Positions 40,365-53,733 of a stretch of DNA of 64,000 nt are shown here, one piece after another. A program made the translations under genes and the position numbers. The number at the start of each line of letters is the position of its first letter. Within the stretch, counting starts at the first letter, position 1. The notes beneath the pieces are model-generated. The model was not told the DNA's origin and made no database searches. It was given only the letters and a program-made list of their open reading frames with translations. The stretch covers positions 24,074,871 through 24,138,870 of the forward strand of contig NC_092676.1 of NCBI RefSeq assembly GCF_964355755.1, given 5' to 3'. This DNA comes from Antedon mediterranea (Eukaryota > Animalia > Echinodermata).

Positions 40365-43300
40365 GTAGATTTGTCGACGCCCAAACCTTCACAAATTTTT
40401 TCTTTTTTTTTTTTGTTTCTTTCCTCTTTCGTACCTTGCTTTTCAATTTTTCATCACGTTTTTCCTAAGCTTTCCTTTTTCAAATTTTCCCCATAAACGA
40501 TGGACATAAAATTCTAGCTCTAGTGTTATTGTTCTATGTTGCATTTTTATTTTATAAACACAGCACGGGTTTGAAAAAATTACAGAAAGCCATTAGTTTG
40601 CACTTGGGATTGAAGGTAGTAAAACAGAATATTTTGAAATAGTTCTATACTAAGATTGTTTAGATAGATATATGCCTGTATCCTCCTCCCCCGCCCCCCA
40701 CCCCACACAATATAGCATTTCATATTATTTTAACTATGTTAATTTAAAAGCTAATGTATAGGCATAAGTCCTGGTTCTGGTATAGGACCAAGGGTTTTTA
40801 ACTTGTCAAAACAGTGCCTCCTAAGCCTCATATACTGTACAGTATTACTGGAAGATGTTAAGAGTAATAGTGTAGTTGATAGATGCCTGTATCCTATCCC
40901 TTACAGTATAGCATTTAACATTAACTATGTATAGTATATTTAACTGGACTATAGGCATAAGTGCTGGGTCTGACACAGGACCATGGGGTTTTAACTCGTC
41001 ACACAGTGCCACATAAGCCTCATATATTATAGAGTAATTATAGCATAATAGATATGACTGTTGTAACCTAGCGGTATCCCTTTTATAGCCCATTTAACCT
41101 TTGTATTTAAACTTGATCTAGGCAATGTCCTGGCTGTGAAACAATACCTGTGATACAGGGTTTACTATCAAAACAGTGCCACCACCTAAGCCTAGTACAT
41201 GGTTTAGAGAGCATGGTTTAGTTTCCCATATTGTAAGTTACAAGTCTACAAACAAAATGTCATTAAAACAAGGCTAATTTTAAAAAAAAGTTCTGGTGAA
41301 ATATAGCCATAGTATAATATTATACATACTTGCTTCTAAAATAACAACAGTTGTGGATTGTATTAATGTTATAGAAATAGTTTATACCCAACCACTGTAA
41401 CAGATTTTAAGAAAAGAAGGGATGTGAATAATACTTGAAACTGAAAGAAACCTTTAGAGTATATGAACAACTTACCACCATTTATAGATATTTATAATAA
41501 TATTCGGAATTTAGTGAAACTTCTAAGCGCTAAAAGAAGAAAGAGTAATTAAAAGAAAGAAAAAAAAGCCAGCTTATGTTTAAAATGGTGGCAGACATAT
41601 CCTTAAAAACTAACATCATTACGGATAACAAATATTGAAGATAGGCTGTCAAGTTGTTTTAAAATAAAACTTGTATATTTTTTGTATAGTGGATTTGTTT
41701 TCCATAGCAATCAACCAATCGCTAAATCAATCAATTAGCCCATTACAAAATAAATATATTTAGCAAGTCTGTAATATGTTCATTACATTATTTCTTTGTC
41801 TGGATATAATCCAATATATTAGTTCTTAACGTTAGAAGTTAATTACATTATTATAATTTCACCCTTTAAAGGTACAGTACCATATGTAGATTTCTTAAAA
41901 ACAATTGTATTGTACAGAACTAGAAGAATTATAGCATGATTTCCATCCCATACTTTATAACTCGCATTCTTAGAACAAAATGACATTGCCTTGTTGTATT
42001 TCTGCTAACAATAGCTTTGTTCGCATTCTAGATGCTTCACACCGTACATTGTGTAAAATGCATATTATAAACTAATTCTTGTTATTAATAGTAGGCTTTT
42101 TATCAATTTTTTTTTCATACATCAATTTATTCAATGTTAATTTTTCACTGTTTTGAGTTTCCAAGCTTTTACTGTGTAAAGTATGTTATATATTTTTTAT
42201 GTATAGGTGAATTAAGAATTTCAAGTATTTTTATATATTTAAATATGGTATATTATTCTATTCCTATAGATAAATAACTAGGATATTTCCCTGTTTTCAC
42301 CACCTTTATGTGCATGTTTCATAGTTAGATGTGTACAGGTTTATCTCCTTTTCCAGATTTCATGATTTTTTAATCCATGGGGTATGGTTCCATTCCATTT
42401 TTCAACCATTTCCATTGGGAACACAGTTGGTCAATAGTATACTGTATCTTTGCTATCCATGATTACAGCATTTTCATTGGTGTATCTGTATCTACAAAAC
42501 ATGGTCTATTCCATTTTTTTTCAACCTTTTCCATTGGGGACATAGTTGGTCTATAGTTTTTCCATTGACCTATCTAATTTATAGGTCTATGGGTTATTCG
42601 AGCTACTTTATCCGAGGTTACTTTTTCATTGGGAATACACTTTATCCGTATTTGAAAAACATGATCCACTCAATTTTCAACCTTTTCCATTGGGAAGATA
42701 ATTGGTCCTTAGTTTAACCATAGTTTAATTCCACTTTTTCCATTTGGAATACAGCTCAAATATATTTCCTGGTCACATATCTTGTCTATTTGCAACTTTT
42801 CCATTGGGAACCTCATGGTTCACAGTTATCAGGTAGCCATTGTTTAATTTGTCCAAACTTTTCCATTAGGAACCTCATGGTTCACAGTTATCAGGTAGCC
42901 ATTGTTTAATTTGTCCAAACTTTTCCATTAGTATGGTTGGGAGTGTCTGTATCTGCTAGCTACTCACTTACATTTTCACAAAGATAATATTGCACATTCA
43001 ACATTCATAAAATCAACAAGAAAAATATCAAAACAATAATCTTACTATATGTGGGGAGTTTTATGTAAAATGGGAGAATATAGTTTAAAGAGAATGTACC
43101 TGTAGCCTCTTTCATCTTCATATTAATATTGTTACATAAGAATACCACATTTGGTTGAATGTACAACACTAATATACAAAGTTCATAACAGTATTTTCAT
43201 TAAAGGGTGAATTCAATTACTCCCCTATACATGAATAAATACATACAATTAGTAATGACATGTAATTATACAACATGACTGAATGCAATGTGCAATGTCT

Positions 43301-43674
43301 TAGAACAAAACATAACTAGTTGACGCAAACAATATAAAAGGTTGCGTATGTTACAGCATTATGTTATTTTTTCATTGATAAATGAATCTCAAATCAATAT
43401 TTATTATCGACAATATATCACATTTTATTCATTGCGCATAGAATACATATCTTATGTTATGTGTGTAAAAGATATAAATTACATTTAAGCAAAACATGCC
43501 TAACAAAAAAAAATGATATAATAAATATAAGCAGTACATAGTTCAATATTAATATTATAGCAATACATACATACTATTTAAATTACAATACATTTTATAC
43601 ATATTTGTTTAATTTAAAGGTGTAATAAGGAGAAATCCAAATTTAAAACTCATCCAATATGGCAACCGCAAAGT

Positions 43675-43905
43675 AGTGAAGTTGTAGCTTGGTGGTTAAC
43701 ATGCTTACCTTCCAATCCCAATGTTCAGGGTTTAATTCTGACCTAGTGCCAGGGTTGTGACTCCCTACGCTTTCAACTCCACTCCCTAAGACTCAAATAA
43801 GACTTAGGTTATAAGAACAATACATTTTAAAATAGTTTATCCATCCTGTAATTGGCGAGTTACTCACTGTTGGATGTGAATGAAATAAAAAATAAAATAA
43901 AAAGT
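43675..43905 (+). mobile_element. Degenerate tRNA-derived SINE
   Basis: tagcttggtggttaac A box, gggtttaattct B-box-like, A-rich tail. Confidence 0.5.
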
Positions 43906-43934
43906 ATGCTATGATACTCTTGACTTGATTTTAG

Positions 43935-44034
43935 CTCATTATTTAGAGGCTGAAAGTTCGGCACAAGACCAGCATGGCGTAGGGATAGGACTTGGTACTA
44001 GGCAACAAGACTTTGATCGTAGGAAGAAAAAGAA
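43935..44034 (+). CDS. PPFIA: Liprin-alpha exon, (A)HYLEAESSAQDQHGVGIGLGTRQQDFDRRKKK
   Basis: gattttag acceptor (phase 1; a second in-frame acceptor at 43946), AA|gtaagt donor; DRR.KKK precedes SAM1. Confidence 0.9.
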
Positions 44035-44434
44035 GTAAGTGCAATATGCTATATCAGTGTTTACTACAAAATGATTAAAGGCATGTGCATTGCAGTATAC
44101 AAAATGTCTGTGTAGATTTGTAGCTGGTACTGAAAATGAAAGCTTAAGAAGATTTTAGAAATATGAGATTGTAATCTGAAACCTAACTGTAATAGATCTG
44201 CATTATTAGTTATTGAACAATTTTTGGGGGTGTACTTAAAATTCTACATTTTTCATTTTCTTGGGAAATTGGGGCTATTACCTCATAAGAAGATATGTAA
44301 TAGCTTGTCATTTTATTTATACAGTTAAAACTAAAAGTTCTCATCCCTGATATGCTTTGTGAACCCAATGCAAACTCATTTTTATGTCAGACAGATTAAA
44401 TCATGTATGACATACATATTTTTTCTTTCCACAG

Positions 44435-44717
44435 GCATGAATTATTAGCAGAGGCAATGAAAGCAGGCACCCCTTTTGCATTATGGAACGGTCCAACTGT
44501 AGTGGCGTGGTTAGAGTTGTGGGTTGGTATGCCAGCTTGGTACGTTGCCGCTTGTAGGGCTAACGTGAAGAGTGGCGCAATAATGTCTGCATTGTCAGAC
44601 ACAGAGATCCAGAGGGAGATCGGTATTAGCAATCCCTTACATCGTCTGAAGCTTAGACTGGCCATTCAGGAGATGGTTAGCCTAACAAGTCCGTCAGCTC
44701 CTCCCACCTCTAGAACA
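44435..44717 (+). CDS. PPFIA: Liprin-alpha SAM1 exon
   Basis: tttccacag acceptor, ACA|gtaagt donor; [76 protein letters not shown]. Confidence 0.98.
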
Positions 44718-45364
44718 GTAAGTATCAATGTTTGTCACTATCAACATTTTCATCATTGACATCAACATTGTTCTTAAAGGAATTCTCTAAAGTCTAGTGC
44801 ACACATGGTTGAAATTGGTACTTAAACTTTTGGTAATTATCGAAATTAACCTTTTCATTGCACAGGATGTCCCTAGTGTGGTTTACCAGGTTTAACACTA
44901 TCCACATCAACAAGTCCAATCCCCTATGCCTTCAGCACAGGGTACTATAAACAATGACATAAGCAAACATGAAAATGCATTTTCTATTCTTCCTTTACTT
45001 TGCTATATGCAACGTCTCTCTATCTAAATTGAAATTTATGTTTTATGATTTTTAATTCATGTTTATCCTCAGAATGTACCCATTACTGTCTACATGTCTA
45101 AATTAAAATCAGACAGTCAGGAGGTAAATTTGGGCGCACAGGTTTTTTTTGTCTTTTCTTAATTTTTAATATCCATCTTTTCCAAGAACTATTATTCATT
45201 ATCTTTGTCATAATTCAACCACTTTTCACACAACATAATTTGAGGTTTGCGGTGTGTAATATAAGCATTTGAAGGTAAGGGTTCATTCACACAGCTCAGC
45301 AAAATTAATATTTCAGTGTTCTCTTTTAATTTTTATTTATTTATTCTTTATTATTATTTCTTTA

Positions 45365-45645
45365 TACTAGTTGACCTCGTCAGTCAAAGACTAGTCTCCC
45401 AGAGGGAACGTTATAATGAGTGGCTGTGTGTGTGTTTACTAGTAACCCCCTACTAGTCTCAAAAGATATACTGGGTTTGCATATGAGTTAGATGTGTACA
45501 CTGGACCTACGGTTTATATAGTCCTTATCCGAGAAGACTTGTTTTACTACCAGAACCATGGAGCGCGTGAAGCTCGAACCCTTGTCGATGTTATGGCTGC
45601 GTATTAGGGTTTCACTCTCTTAACCGCTAGGCCACTCACTCCTTT
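45365..45645 (-). mobile_element. tRNA-derived SINE related to the element at 1-315
   Basis: Reverse strand reads gtggcctagcggttaag (A box), gggttcgagct (B box), ttctcggataaggactatataaaccgtagg. Confidence 0.7.
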
Positions 45646-46440
45646 TTCAGTACATTCTGAGTTCACATCAAGCCTGTTTCTGAACAACTGCCAAGATTAG
45701 GGTTGTGGGTAACTCTGTTCTTCCATTTATTTTAGGAAGGTTTTTTCAATGATTTTTTTGCTTTTAACTCATAAAAAATTCAAGCACTGACTGCACATTC
45801 ATAGCTTTACGTTTCACAGCACACCTCCAAATGTCCAATTCCTTTGAATCTTCTATTATCTTGAGATATCACAGCAGTGGGTTTCAACAGTGTGGGTTGC
45901 ACAATGGGTTGTTTTCTTGTTTATCTACAGCTTTCTCATAATAATAAACATATCTATTCATAATAAATTACAGAATTAATATCATATTTTTCAATAAAAT
46001 ATCAATGCACACTAATATATTTCATTAGCTGAAATTCATCAAGTGTGAAATATTTGTAATGTTTCAATCATGCCTTTGTTTCTACGTGTACAGAAAATAA
46101 AGTTAAAGACAATAAAATGTCTTTAAAATTAAAATTTTTATTTCATTAGTCCTTTCACTTTATATCTGTTTCATAACATATTTCCTAATAAAAATTAAAA
46201 TAAATCAATACCTTTTGTTTAAACATTTTGTTTAATATAGTTATAAATGTTTTATTAACCAATCACACTTACAGGTAAGCAAACTATTTCCCTCAAAAGT
46301 ATCTCACTTAAGTACATTTGTGATTTTGCTTAAAGTGGTATTTACTTATCCTTGTATCTAAAAACTAAATAAGCCTTACAACAAAAAACCATGGAAAAAT
46401 AAAAACAAATATTTAAACATTATGTCTTTCTATTTCACAG

Positions 46441-46616
46441 TCTTTAGCATTTGGTGACATGAATCACGAGTGGATAGGTAATGAATGGCTGCCCTCTATA
46501 GGTCTACCGCAATATCGTAGTACGTTTATGGAATGTCTCGTGGATGCACGTATGTTAGATCATCTAACAAAGAAGGAATTAAGAGGTCAACTTAAAATGG
46601 TAGACAGTTTTCATAG
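46441..46616 (+). CDS. PPFIA: Liprin-alpha SAM2 exon (first part)
   Basis: tttcacag acceptor, AG|gtatta donor; [40 protein letters not shown]. Confidence 0.98.
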
Positions 46617-46742
46617 GTATTACATTTTTTTAATTTTTTATTATTAATTTCTCAGTTTCCATTTCTTGAAGACTGTCAGAACATCCAGCTAGGCCCTATG
46701 CAAAAATTGCAGTGCAATATTTGTTTTGATATATTCATCTAA

Positions 46743-46856
46743 AGCTCTGTCTACACTATCAAACTTAATGTGACACAAAAATGTGATGTGCCCATATATG
46801 GACAAGATGATGATGTCATATCACTACCATACTCGTTTTATAGTTTAGACAGAGCT
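46743..46856. mobile_element. MITE family A (internally deleted)
   Basis: Both TIR ends present. Confidence 0.8.
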
Positions 46857-47034
46857 TTAGATGCATATATCAGAAAAATATTACTTGAAAAAAAAAAGAT
46901 TTATCATACAATAACTGTCTGTATAAGAAGACTTCAACCACAATACTGAGTAACTAGTAATTGTGTGGTTTTTAACTGCTTAAACCTTTTTAGACATTAT
47001 TTTAAATTCTTATTTTCTATTATTTATTTAACAG

Positions 47035-47132
47035 GGCAAGTTTTTCATATGGAATTATGTGTTTGAAAAAATTGAACTATGACCGGAAAGATCTTGAAAG
47101 GAGAAGAGAAGAAAGTGCTGGTGAAATTAGAG
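47035..47132 (+). CDS. PPFIA: Liprin-alpha SAM2 exon (second part), [32 protein letters not shown]
   Basis: ttaacag acceptor (phase 2), G|gttatt donor (phase 1); conserved [20 protein letters not shown] motif. Confidence 0.95.
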
Positions 47133-47333
47133 GTTATTATCTTCTATAAATTGTTATACTTTGTTTTATTCATTTAATTTAGGGTACATTTACAGTTTTG
47201 TCTCGCACTGTGTACTTTAATTAGTAATCTAAACTGAAAAGTGTTAAATAATTGTAATTATCTTGTGCAGTTGAATTTTAAAACTGTGACTATATTTATC
47301 GAATTAAATTTGATTTATTTTTCTGTTTTAAAG

Positions 47334-47575
47334 ATGTACTAGTATGGAGTAATGATCGACTTATCAAATGGATTATTTCAATTGGTTTACGGGATTTTGC
47401 AAATCATTTAATTGAAAGCGGGGTGCACGGAGCGTTAATTGCTCTAGATGACACATTTGACCACAGCACCTTGGCTCTTGCGCTACAGATACCGGTCTCG
47501 AGTCAAGCGCGACAAATATTAGAGCGTGAATTTAATAACTTATTGTCCTTGGGTACAGATCGTAGGATAGAAGAA
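47334..47575 (+). CDS. PPFIA: Liprin-alpha SAM3 exon
   Basis: ttttaaag acceptor, GAA|gtaagt donor; [11 protein letters not shown]...IGL...[14 protein letters not shown]...LQIP...[13 protein letters not shown]. Confidence 0.97.
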
Positions 47576-47748
47576 GTAAGTAAAGATTTAATTCTTACAA
47601 TTTTGTTTTTGTCATTAGTGAGTTCTTCACGTACACACATTTATTTCTTTTAAAAATTGTTTGTGTGTTTGAGACATTTGATGCTGTAATTAATTTAATT
47701 TGTTTTCTTTAGTTTTTTTTGTAACAATTGTTTTATTATTTATTTTAG

Positions 47749-48024
47749 GGAGATAGTGCAAAATTTCGAAGAGGACCATCATGGCGTAAGAAATTGAAAC
47801 CAAAGGATCCTCCCGGACAGAAAGGCAAAGAACGTGCTCCATTAGATATCAGTGCATCTCCGACCCAACAGTTAGAAGCCTACGAAGCATACCATGCAGC
47901 AACGTTACCAATCACAAACAGGATGGCCAGTGTACGTTCCACCTCCATTCCTGCACTGGGCTCAGCGGAAGCTAGCCCTAAGATGAGTTCTTCCACGGGG
48001 AATATTAATAACTACTCATGCTGA
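47749..48024 (+). CDS. PPFIA: Liprin-alpha terminal exon ending in the YSC PDZ-binding motif
   Basis: tattttag acceptor; FRRGPSWRKK motif; ends ...NNYSC-TGA, like vertebrate ...TYSC. Confidence 0.95.
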   Translation, partial: GDSAKFRRGPSWRKKLKPKDPPGQKGKERAPLDISASPTQQLEAYEAYHAATLPITNRMASVRSTSIPALGSAEASPKMSSSTGNINNYSC

Positions 48025-48443
48025 CAGCAAGTTAAGGTGATGGGAAATTTATAGGTGGTGGTTGCATGTTGTGTTGTGATGAATAACTACTTAAAGATGT
48101 ATTGTCCCCCTGAAAAAATAATTATTAAAACATTTTTTTTTAAATATACCATTTTAATGTCACATAATAGTTATCCACTTTGACCAAAAATTAGATCGAA
48201 AAAAAATATATTTACCTGAAAAAACTGTAATTTAAACTAAAGCAAAAATAGTCAAATTGGCTGCCAGCCAATGAATTTTTGGTTAAATTTATTTTGTCAT
48301 TTTATAAGTGAAAACATTGATTTTTTTCTTTTTTTTTCTACGGAAGTGATTAACTTGATTAAAAATAACCCATTCAAAGTCTGATTTAATTAATCTTCAT
48401 TTTTCATGTTTTTGGGGGACAATACATCTTTAACATTTCTAAT

Positions 48444-48590
48444 ACAGTAGAACCTCTTCTTTGGGACACCCTGATATGAGGACACTTTTCATGAAATAAT
48501 ATAGGTTTTAATGCTACAGCCACCTGGGGGGGGGGGGTAGGGGTAACCTTGTTGGGTCCTGAAGGTGCCCCTTAAAAGGCGTTCTACCGT
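48444..48590. mobile_element. Old pogo/Tc1-mariner-like MITE (CAGTAGAAC ends, ggacac repeats); relatives at ~8712-8985, 13802-14030, 17975-18130 and 25421-25870
   Basis: ta|cagtagaac ... gttctaccg|ta termini with shared gggacacc / ggtcctgaagg internal motifs. Confidence 0.55.
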
Positions 48591-49012
48591 ATATGACCTA
48601 TTTATATGTGATTTTTTACTATTTTTAAGAATTTGTGGAATGAATTTTTTGGAATAGTTTTCAACTTCAGTAGTAAAAATAGTATAACATTTTAACGCTT
48701 ACGTAGTTTGTACTAATTGTTAGCTAATTTAATAGATATTGCATATTTATTTTAGATTAGTAAATGTAATAATATACTAAATATCATGGAGAATAACCTC
48801 AGTGAAATTGTAGGCTCTACATTGTTGCATCATATTTGTAGCCAGGCTCAGTCACAGACAGCCTGACAGTTGTATTCCTTTGTGGTTTCACAGGGTGAAA
48901 AATCAGTGTAAAATCTAGGCTAGTTAAATTATAAATAACATAACAAATAGCCTAAAACGTTATTGTTCACTTTCAACTTTGCACATTGATTCATCACCTC
49001 TTCAAGAAGAAG

Positions 49013-49104
49013 AAATTCAAGAAAATCGCGTTTTTTGCCATTATGAAACCCGGAGTTAAAATTCAAGAAAATCGCGTTTTTTGCCATTATGAAACCCGGA
49101 GTTA
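49013..49104. repeat. ~46-bp exact tandem duplication
   Basis: aaattcaagaaaatcgcgttttttgccattatgaaacccggagtta twice. Confidence 0.9.
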
Positions 49105-50344
49105 ATGAAACAAAAATATGCATGCTAAAATAATCTCAATAGAATACAGGTAAATAATTTTTAACAATAATTAGTGCACTGGGGATGAAGAGGTTGTTTT
49201 AAAGATGCAGTCAGGGGGAAAATGGCAAAAGCTACTTTCTAGGAGTTTTATGTGTTTAAGCATGGAGGATTTTTTCCTCCATGGTTTCAGTTATCAGATG
49301 GTATATATTGTTTTGACAACTCCTAACTCAATTTGTAACATGACCACAGATAACTGGATGATCTTTATTTAATATATTTAATTTATCATATTTCTATGCT
49401 TTTTCATGAAACTGTATTTATATTTGTAAATATATATTGTATATGTTTTATATGATCTTTCTAGTACATTTTGATCATGACTGTTTCATATTTGTTTACA
49501 GGAAAAAACATAGGATTTTTGGACCAAGAGGAATGATGCAGAGGACATAGTGAACTTGTAGAAAATATCTCATTAGTCAGATGAATGTATACATTGAATA
49601 TACAACTGTAGACAAGTTTCAACAGTGACCCGCTATCCGGTGGTTACAACGATTAGAGAACAGATGTCATCATATTCAGGAAGAGTCAGTAGTAGTAGAA
49701 ATACACAACGTTGTGCTTAATAAAGTAATACGGATGTGCGTCTGGTATAAATGAGTATGATGGTGATGATGTAATAAAGATGATGATAGTTATATAATTA
49801 ATATTATTATACCAGAAAGGTAGACGTTTGGTGCAGAAGAAACAATTGTGAATACTGTCAATAAAACATGTAGTATTGTATGACTGTTAAGTGACTATCC
49901 TATTTAAGGAAAAAGCGTTTACAAAAAAAATGTAGCATGCCATTGTCTGCCAGCGTAAGGGTCGCAAGTAATGGACTTTCCATGTTCTTGGAATAAGCAT
50001 GTAATACAATTTTAAACATACCTTCCAGTAACTAACATTGTAAATGGCCTTTAAGTATTTATGGCCCACCTATAAATGGAATACAACTTTGGTATATAAA
50101 TAAAATTGCTGTATTATTTTCATTTTGTAGCAGTTTAAATGAATAATATGGAAACTTTACCTATAAATCTTGAGTATTTTGATACTATCTCGACCACCTT
50201 CCTTTTTCTTCCGCTCCTTTGTGTGACTATCCCTCTATTTAATACTATTAAAACATTTTGTGAGTGTTTATTGTGTATAATGCTTAATCCATCCTGTACG
50301 TAGCTTTTATGAATAATATGTCTTGTTTGTAATTGATCAACAAA

Positions 50345-50840
50345 ATTGGCTATGCTTCAATGAATTTAAAAAGCACATTGGCTATATTTGAACGGATGAA
50401 GCACTCATTGGTTATGCTTGAACGAATGCAGCACTCATTGGTTATGCTTGAACGAATGCAGCACTAATTTGTCATGCTTGAATGGATGCAGCACTCGTTG
50501 GTTATGCCGCCTCAATGGATGCAGTGCTCATTTATGCTTAAACGGATTCAGCAATCATTTGTTATGCTTGAACGGATGCAGCACTCATTGGTTATGCTTG
50601 AATGGATGCAGCACTCATGGTTATGCTTGAATAGATGCAGCACTAATTGGTTATGCTTGAATGGATGCAGCACTCATTGGTTATGCTTGAATGGATGCAG
50701 CACTACTTGGTTATGCTTGAATGGATGCAGCACTCATTGGTTATGCTACAAATGCAGCGCTCATTTGCTTTATTAAATGTAGCAACTTACTTTTTGTTAT
50801 GCTTGAATGAATACAGCAACTATTATGTTTGAACGATTAC
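50345..50840. repeat. 30-bp minisatellite, about 15 copies
   Basis: ggttatgcttgaatggatgcagcactcatt units. Confidence 0.95.
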
Positions 50841-51404
50841 AGTCAGTTGATGGCTAGAATATTTGATGTGTTAACATTAGATTATCTTATAGTATTTATA
50901 TTGATGGTTTTTTTTATGTGTCTGTTTATGCAACAATGTACATTTAGGTTGTTTTATTTTATGCCATTTTTCGTTGTGTACCATCAACTATCACAGACAT
51001 ATTTATTTATATGTTGTATTGATGTACTATAATATGTTAATATTAAAGACAAAAGTGTATAATATAATATTTCACTTTAAAAATCAATATTGATGATAAA
51101 AAATTAATATCATAATAATAAAGTGCTTTCATAATTTCCTCGCCCGTAAAACAATCAAATTTCTTTTCTTCAGTAAAAATGAATTTGCCAATCATGTTTA
51201 TATACAGTATTACTTATTTCAGTTTTGTTAGATAATAATGATGTGTACATTTTTCAATTTGTAAACTATGACTCTTGTGTGCTCAATGAATACCATATAT
51301 AATTTGTACAAACAGCAGACTCATCTTTGAGCACATGGATAAGTGTGTGACTAAATCTAACAGCTTTCATTTATTAATACCGTACTCCTCACACAGGATA
51401 TTAG

Positions 51405-51640
51405 TTGGGTAGCCAAGTGGTTAAGGACACTTGATCAGACTGCCATACAGAGAGACGTGGGTTCAATTCCTGACAACTCCCAGTCTACTCAGCTGTAAAC
51501 CTGGTTGAAAATACTAGGAGGATAAGGAGGCAAGGAAAGGAAATGGCCACCCTACCACATAATGCTGAGGCTTAGTAAAATGAATTCCCAACAGCTCATT
51601 CCCCTACGTTCAGAAATGAATAAGAGACTTAACCTTTTTA
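51405..51640 (+). mobile_element. tRNA-derived SINE with a Deu-domain-like core
   Basis: tagccaagtggttaag A box, gggttcaattcc B box, tactcagctgtaaa...ggccaccctacc core; the family assignment is from recalled consensus. Confidence 0.65.
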
Positions 51641-53589
51641 CTCCTTACACAAATAATCACCATTTATTTACAAACGAGGGCACTTCACGGAAACTATTGT
51701 TATTATGATTATAACTTTCTATATTGGTATAATGATATTTATGAGTAAAGGGTAGTGACAGGTCTGTGCGGGTGAATTTATGACCAAAAATATTACCCAT
51801 CCAAAAGTTGTTGTTCAATAGATGTTGGGCAATGGTAATTCATATCTGGCTCTAAATTTAGTTACTGTTTCACATGTAAACATCAATGGTCAATAGTTAA
51901 CTTTAAATAACTTGGGTAGTATAATAATTTTCCATGAATTATGAATAAGTTATCAATTTTTACTTCATGATTTGCTATCAGTAGTCCTGCAAAATCACTG
52001 GGCGAGAAAAACCATAATTATTTTTGTTTTTCATATAAATTAATATATTCTTTTGGGCAGTAAATTGAACAAGTTCCAGTAACCAAAAATGCACAATTAA
52101 CAGAATAACTGATTTTAAGCAGTTATATTTGTCAGAAACCGAATCTTTCGGGAACGATCAATTACCAAAGTAACATTACACAACTTTTAATATATTGAAA
52201 TTAAAATGTTAATATTTACTTAATAAATACAGGAATCAGTTATTACATGATTTATAATATTATGTTACCAACCATGTATAATTACATTATTATGTAAATT
52301 GTGTATGCAGTGTAATTCATTTCTGACCGTATTATTTATTATATTCAATAATTATCGTATTGGAATTTTCGTGTACTGTACTCCGAAATATACCATTTAA
52401 TCATTGTTTATTGGTAATACACTATTACATTATATGTGATTTATAGTTACTGAATACTCCTTCATTTGAAACCCCCTCATTACAAAATGGTACAGTCTTT
52501 TATTAGTCGATGGAAGTTTAAAACTCAGGGAGCACTTGTTGTGTCCAGGTTGTACTAGAAAAAAGTAACTTAGTCGCCGTTTATATATTTCCTCTTAGCC
52601 CCCAGGACTATGACAATAAGTAGTACAATTATAAATTGTTTGATTAATTGTGATAAAAAATGAAGTTAAGATTGTTATGTCTATTTATACAAGAACAAAC
52701 TTACTAGATAGATAGATGTGAAAACTTTCTATAAAAAAAATTACAATACTGTATTCCTTGATCGTATCGAGCTTAAAATTGCCTTTATTTGCGTGTATTT
52801 GCTGGCCTAGAAAATGTAAGCGCTGCCCAACAATGTTGTTAAAAACACAGCAATTCTATTGACAAACAAATTATTGTTCTTAATAATAATAATACATTGT
52901 ACATTATATAAAATAATTGTAGGCCTAGATATGTTATGTTTGTATTATTGCTGATGAGGAGCGAAATGCTTTTTGTGGCTGATTGTTTTTTTTTTATATG
53001 TGAGTGATATTTAAACACGGATCACTATCAAATCCTTCTTAATTATATAATTAAATATATTATGTATAATTATTTTATATAATAACACAAAGTGCTTGTG
53101 TGGTCAAACCCCTCATTTACATGCGTTTAAAGCATATATAAATTGTTTATATAAAATTTGAACAAATTTTCTGTAAATGTTGACTAATTGAATTTACTAT
53201 TGGTGCCAACATTTACATGGTAGAAATGTAATTTATTATAAAAATTATTATCATTGTAATATTTTTAATTGTAATTGTAAAAATAAAATAGACCTTTAAA
53301 AACCTATTAATCTTCAATATATGCTTGTAATTTAGCATTTTGTAAATGAGGTGTTTGACTATATACAGTAATACAATACGAAGAATACTGTATATTTTTT
53401 TCTTCGAAATTCGTTCATTAACACAGTGTCGTATCCATGGCAATCCAATGTAAACAGTTATGGGTGTGTTCTGACGATAATACAACCACGCCCACTATAT
53501 CTTTGTGGGGTGCGCGTTGGTACATTTTTCTAGACGCTCCTCCTGCATTGAACATTGGTCAATACTTTTTGATGAACATTTTGTTCTAA

Positions 53590-53733
53590 AGCTCTGTCTA
53601 CGCTATCAAACTAGTTCGACAAAAAAAAAAACTGTAATGTGGCCAAATATGGTAGTGATATAACATCATCATGTCCATATATGGGCACAGCACATTTTTT
53701 TGTCACATAAAGTTTGATAGTGTAGACCGAGCT
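53590..53733. mobile_element. MITE family A; further partial copies at ~1723-1880, 2080-2165, 12790-12902, 19697-19800 and 26870-26953
   Basis: TIRs with TAA TSD. Confidence 0.85.

Noticed and set aside
44396-44665. Antisense ORFs over exons (also 29704, 56896, 56906, 58481, 59048)
   Set aside because: Shadows of the real + strand coding exons.
50345-50840. Cys/His-rich repeat peptide (CLNGCSTHWL)n resembling a metallothionein or zinc finger
   Set aside because: 30-bp minisatellite with frame-shifting indels between units, so no maintained reading frame.
51405-51485. tRNA gene
   Set aside because: Has A and B boxes but no complete cloverleaf and continues into a SINE core; the same applies at ~43680 and ~45600.
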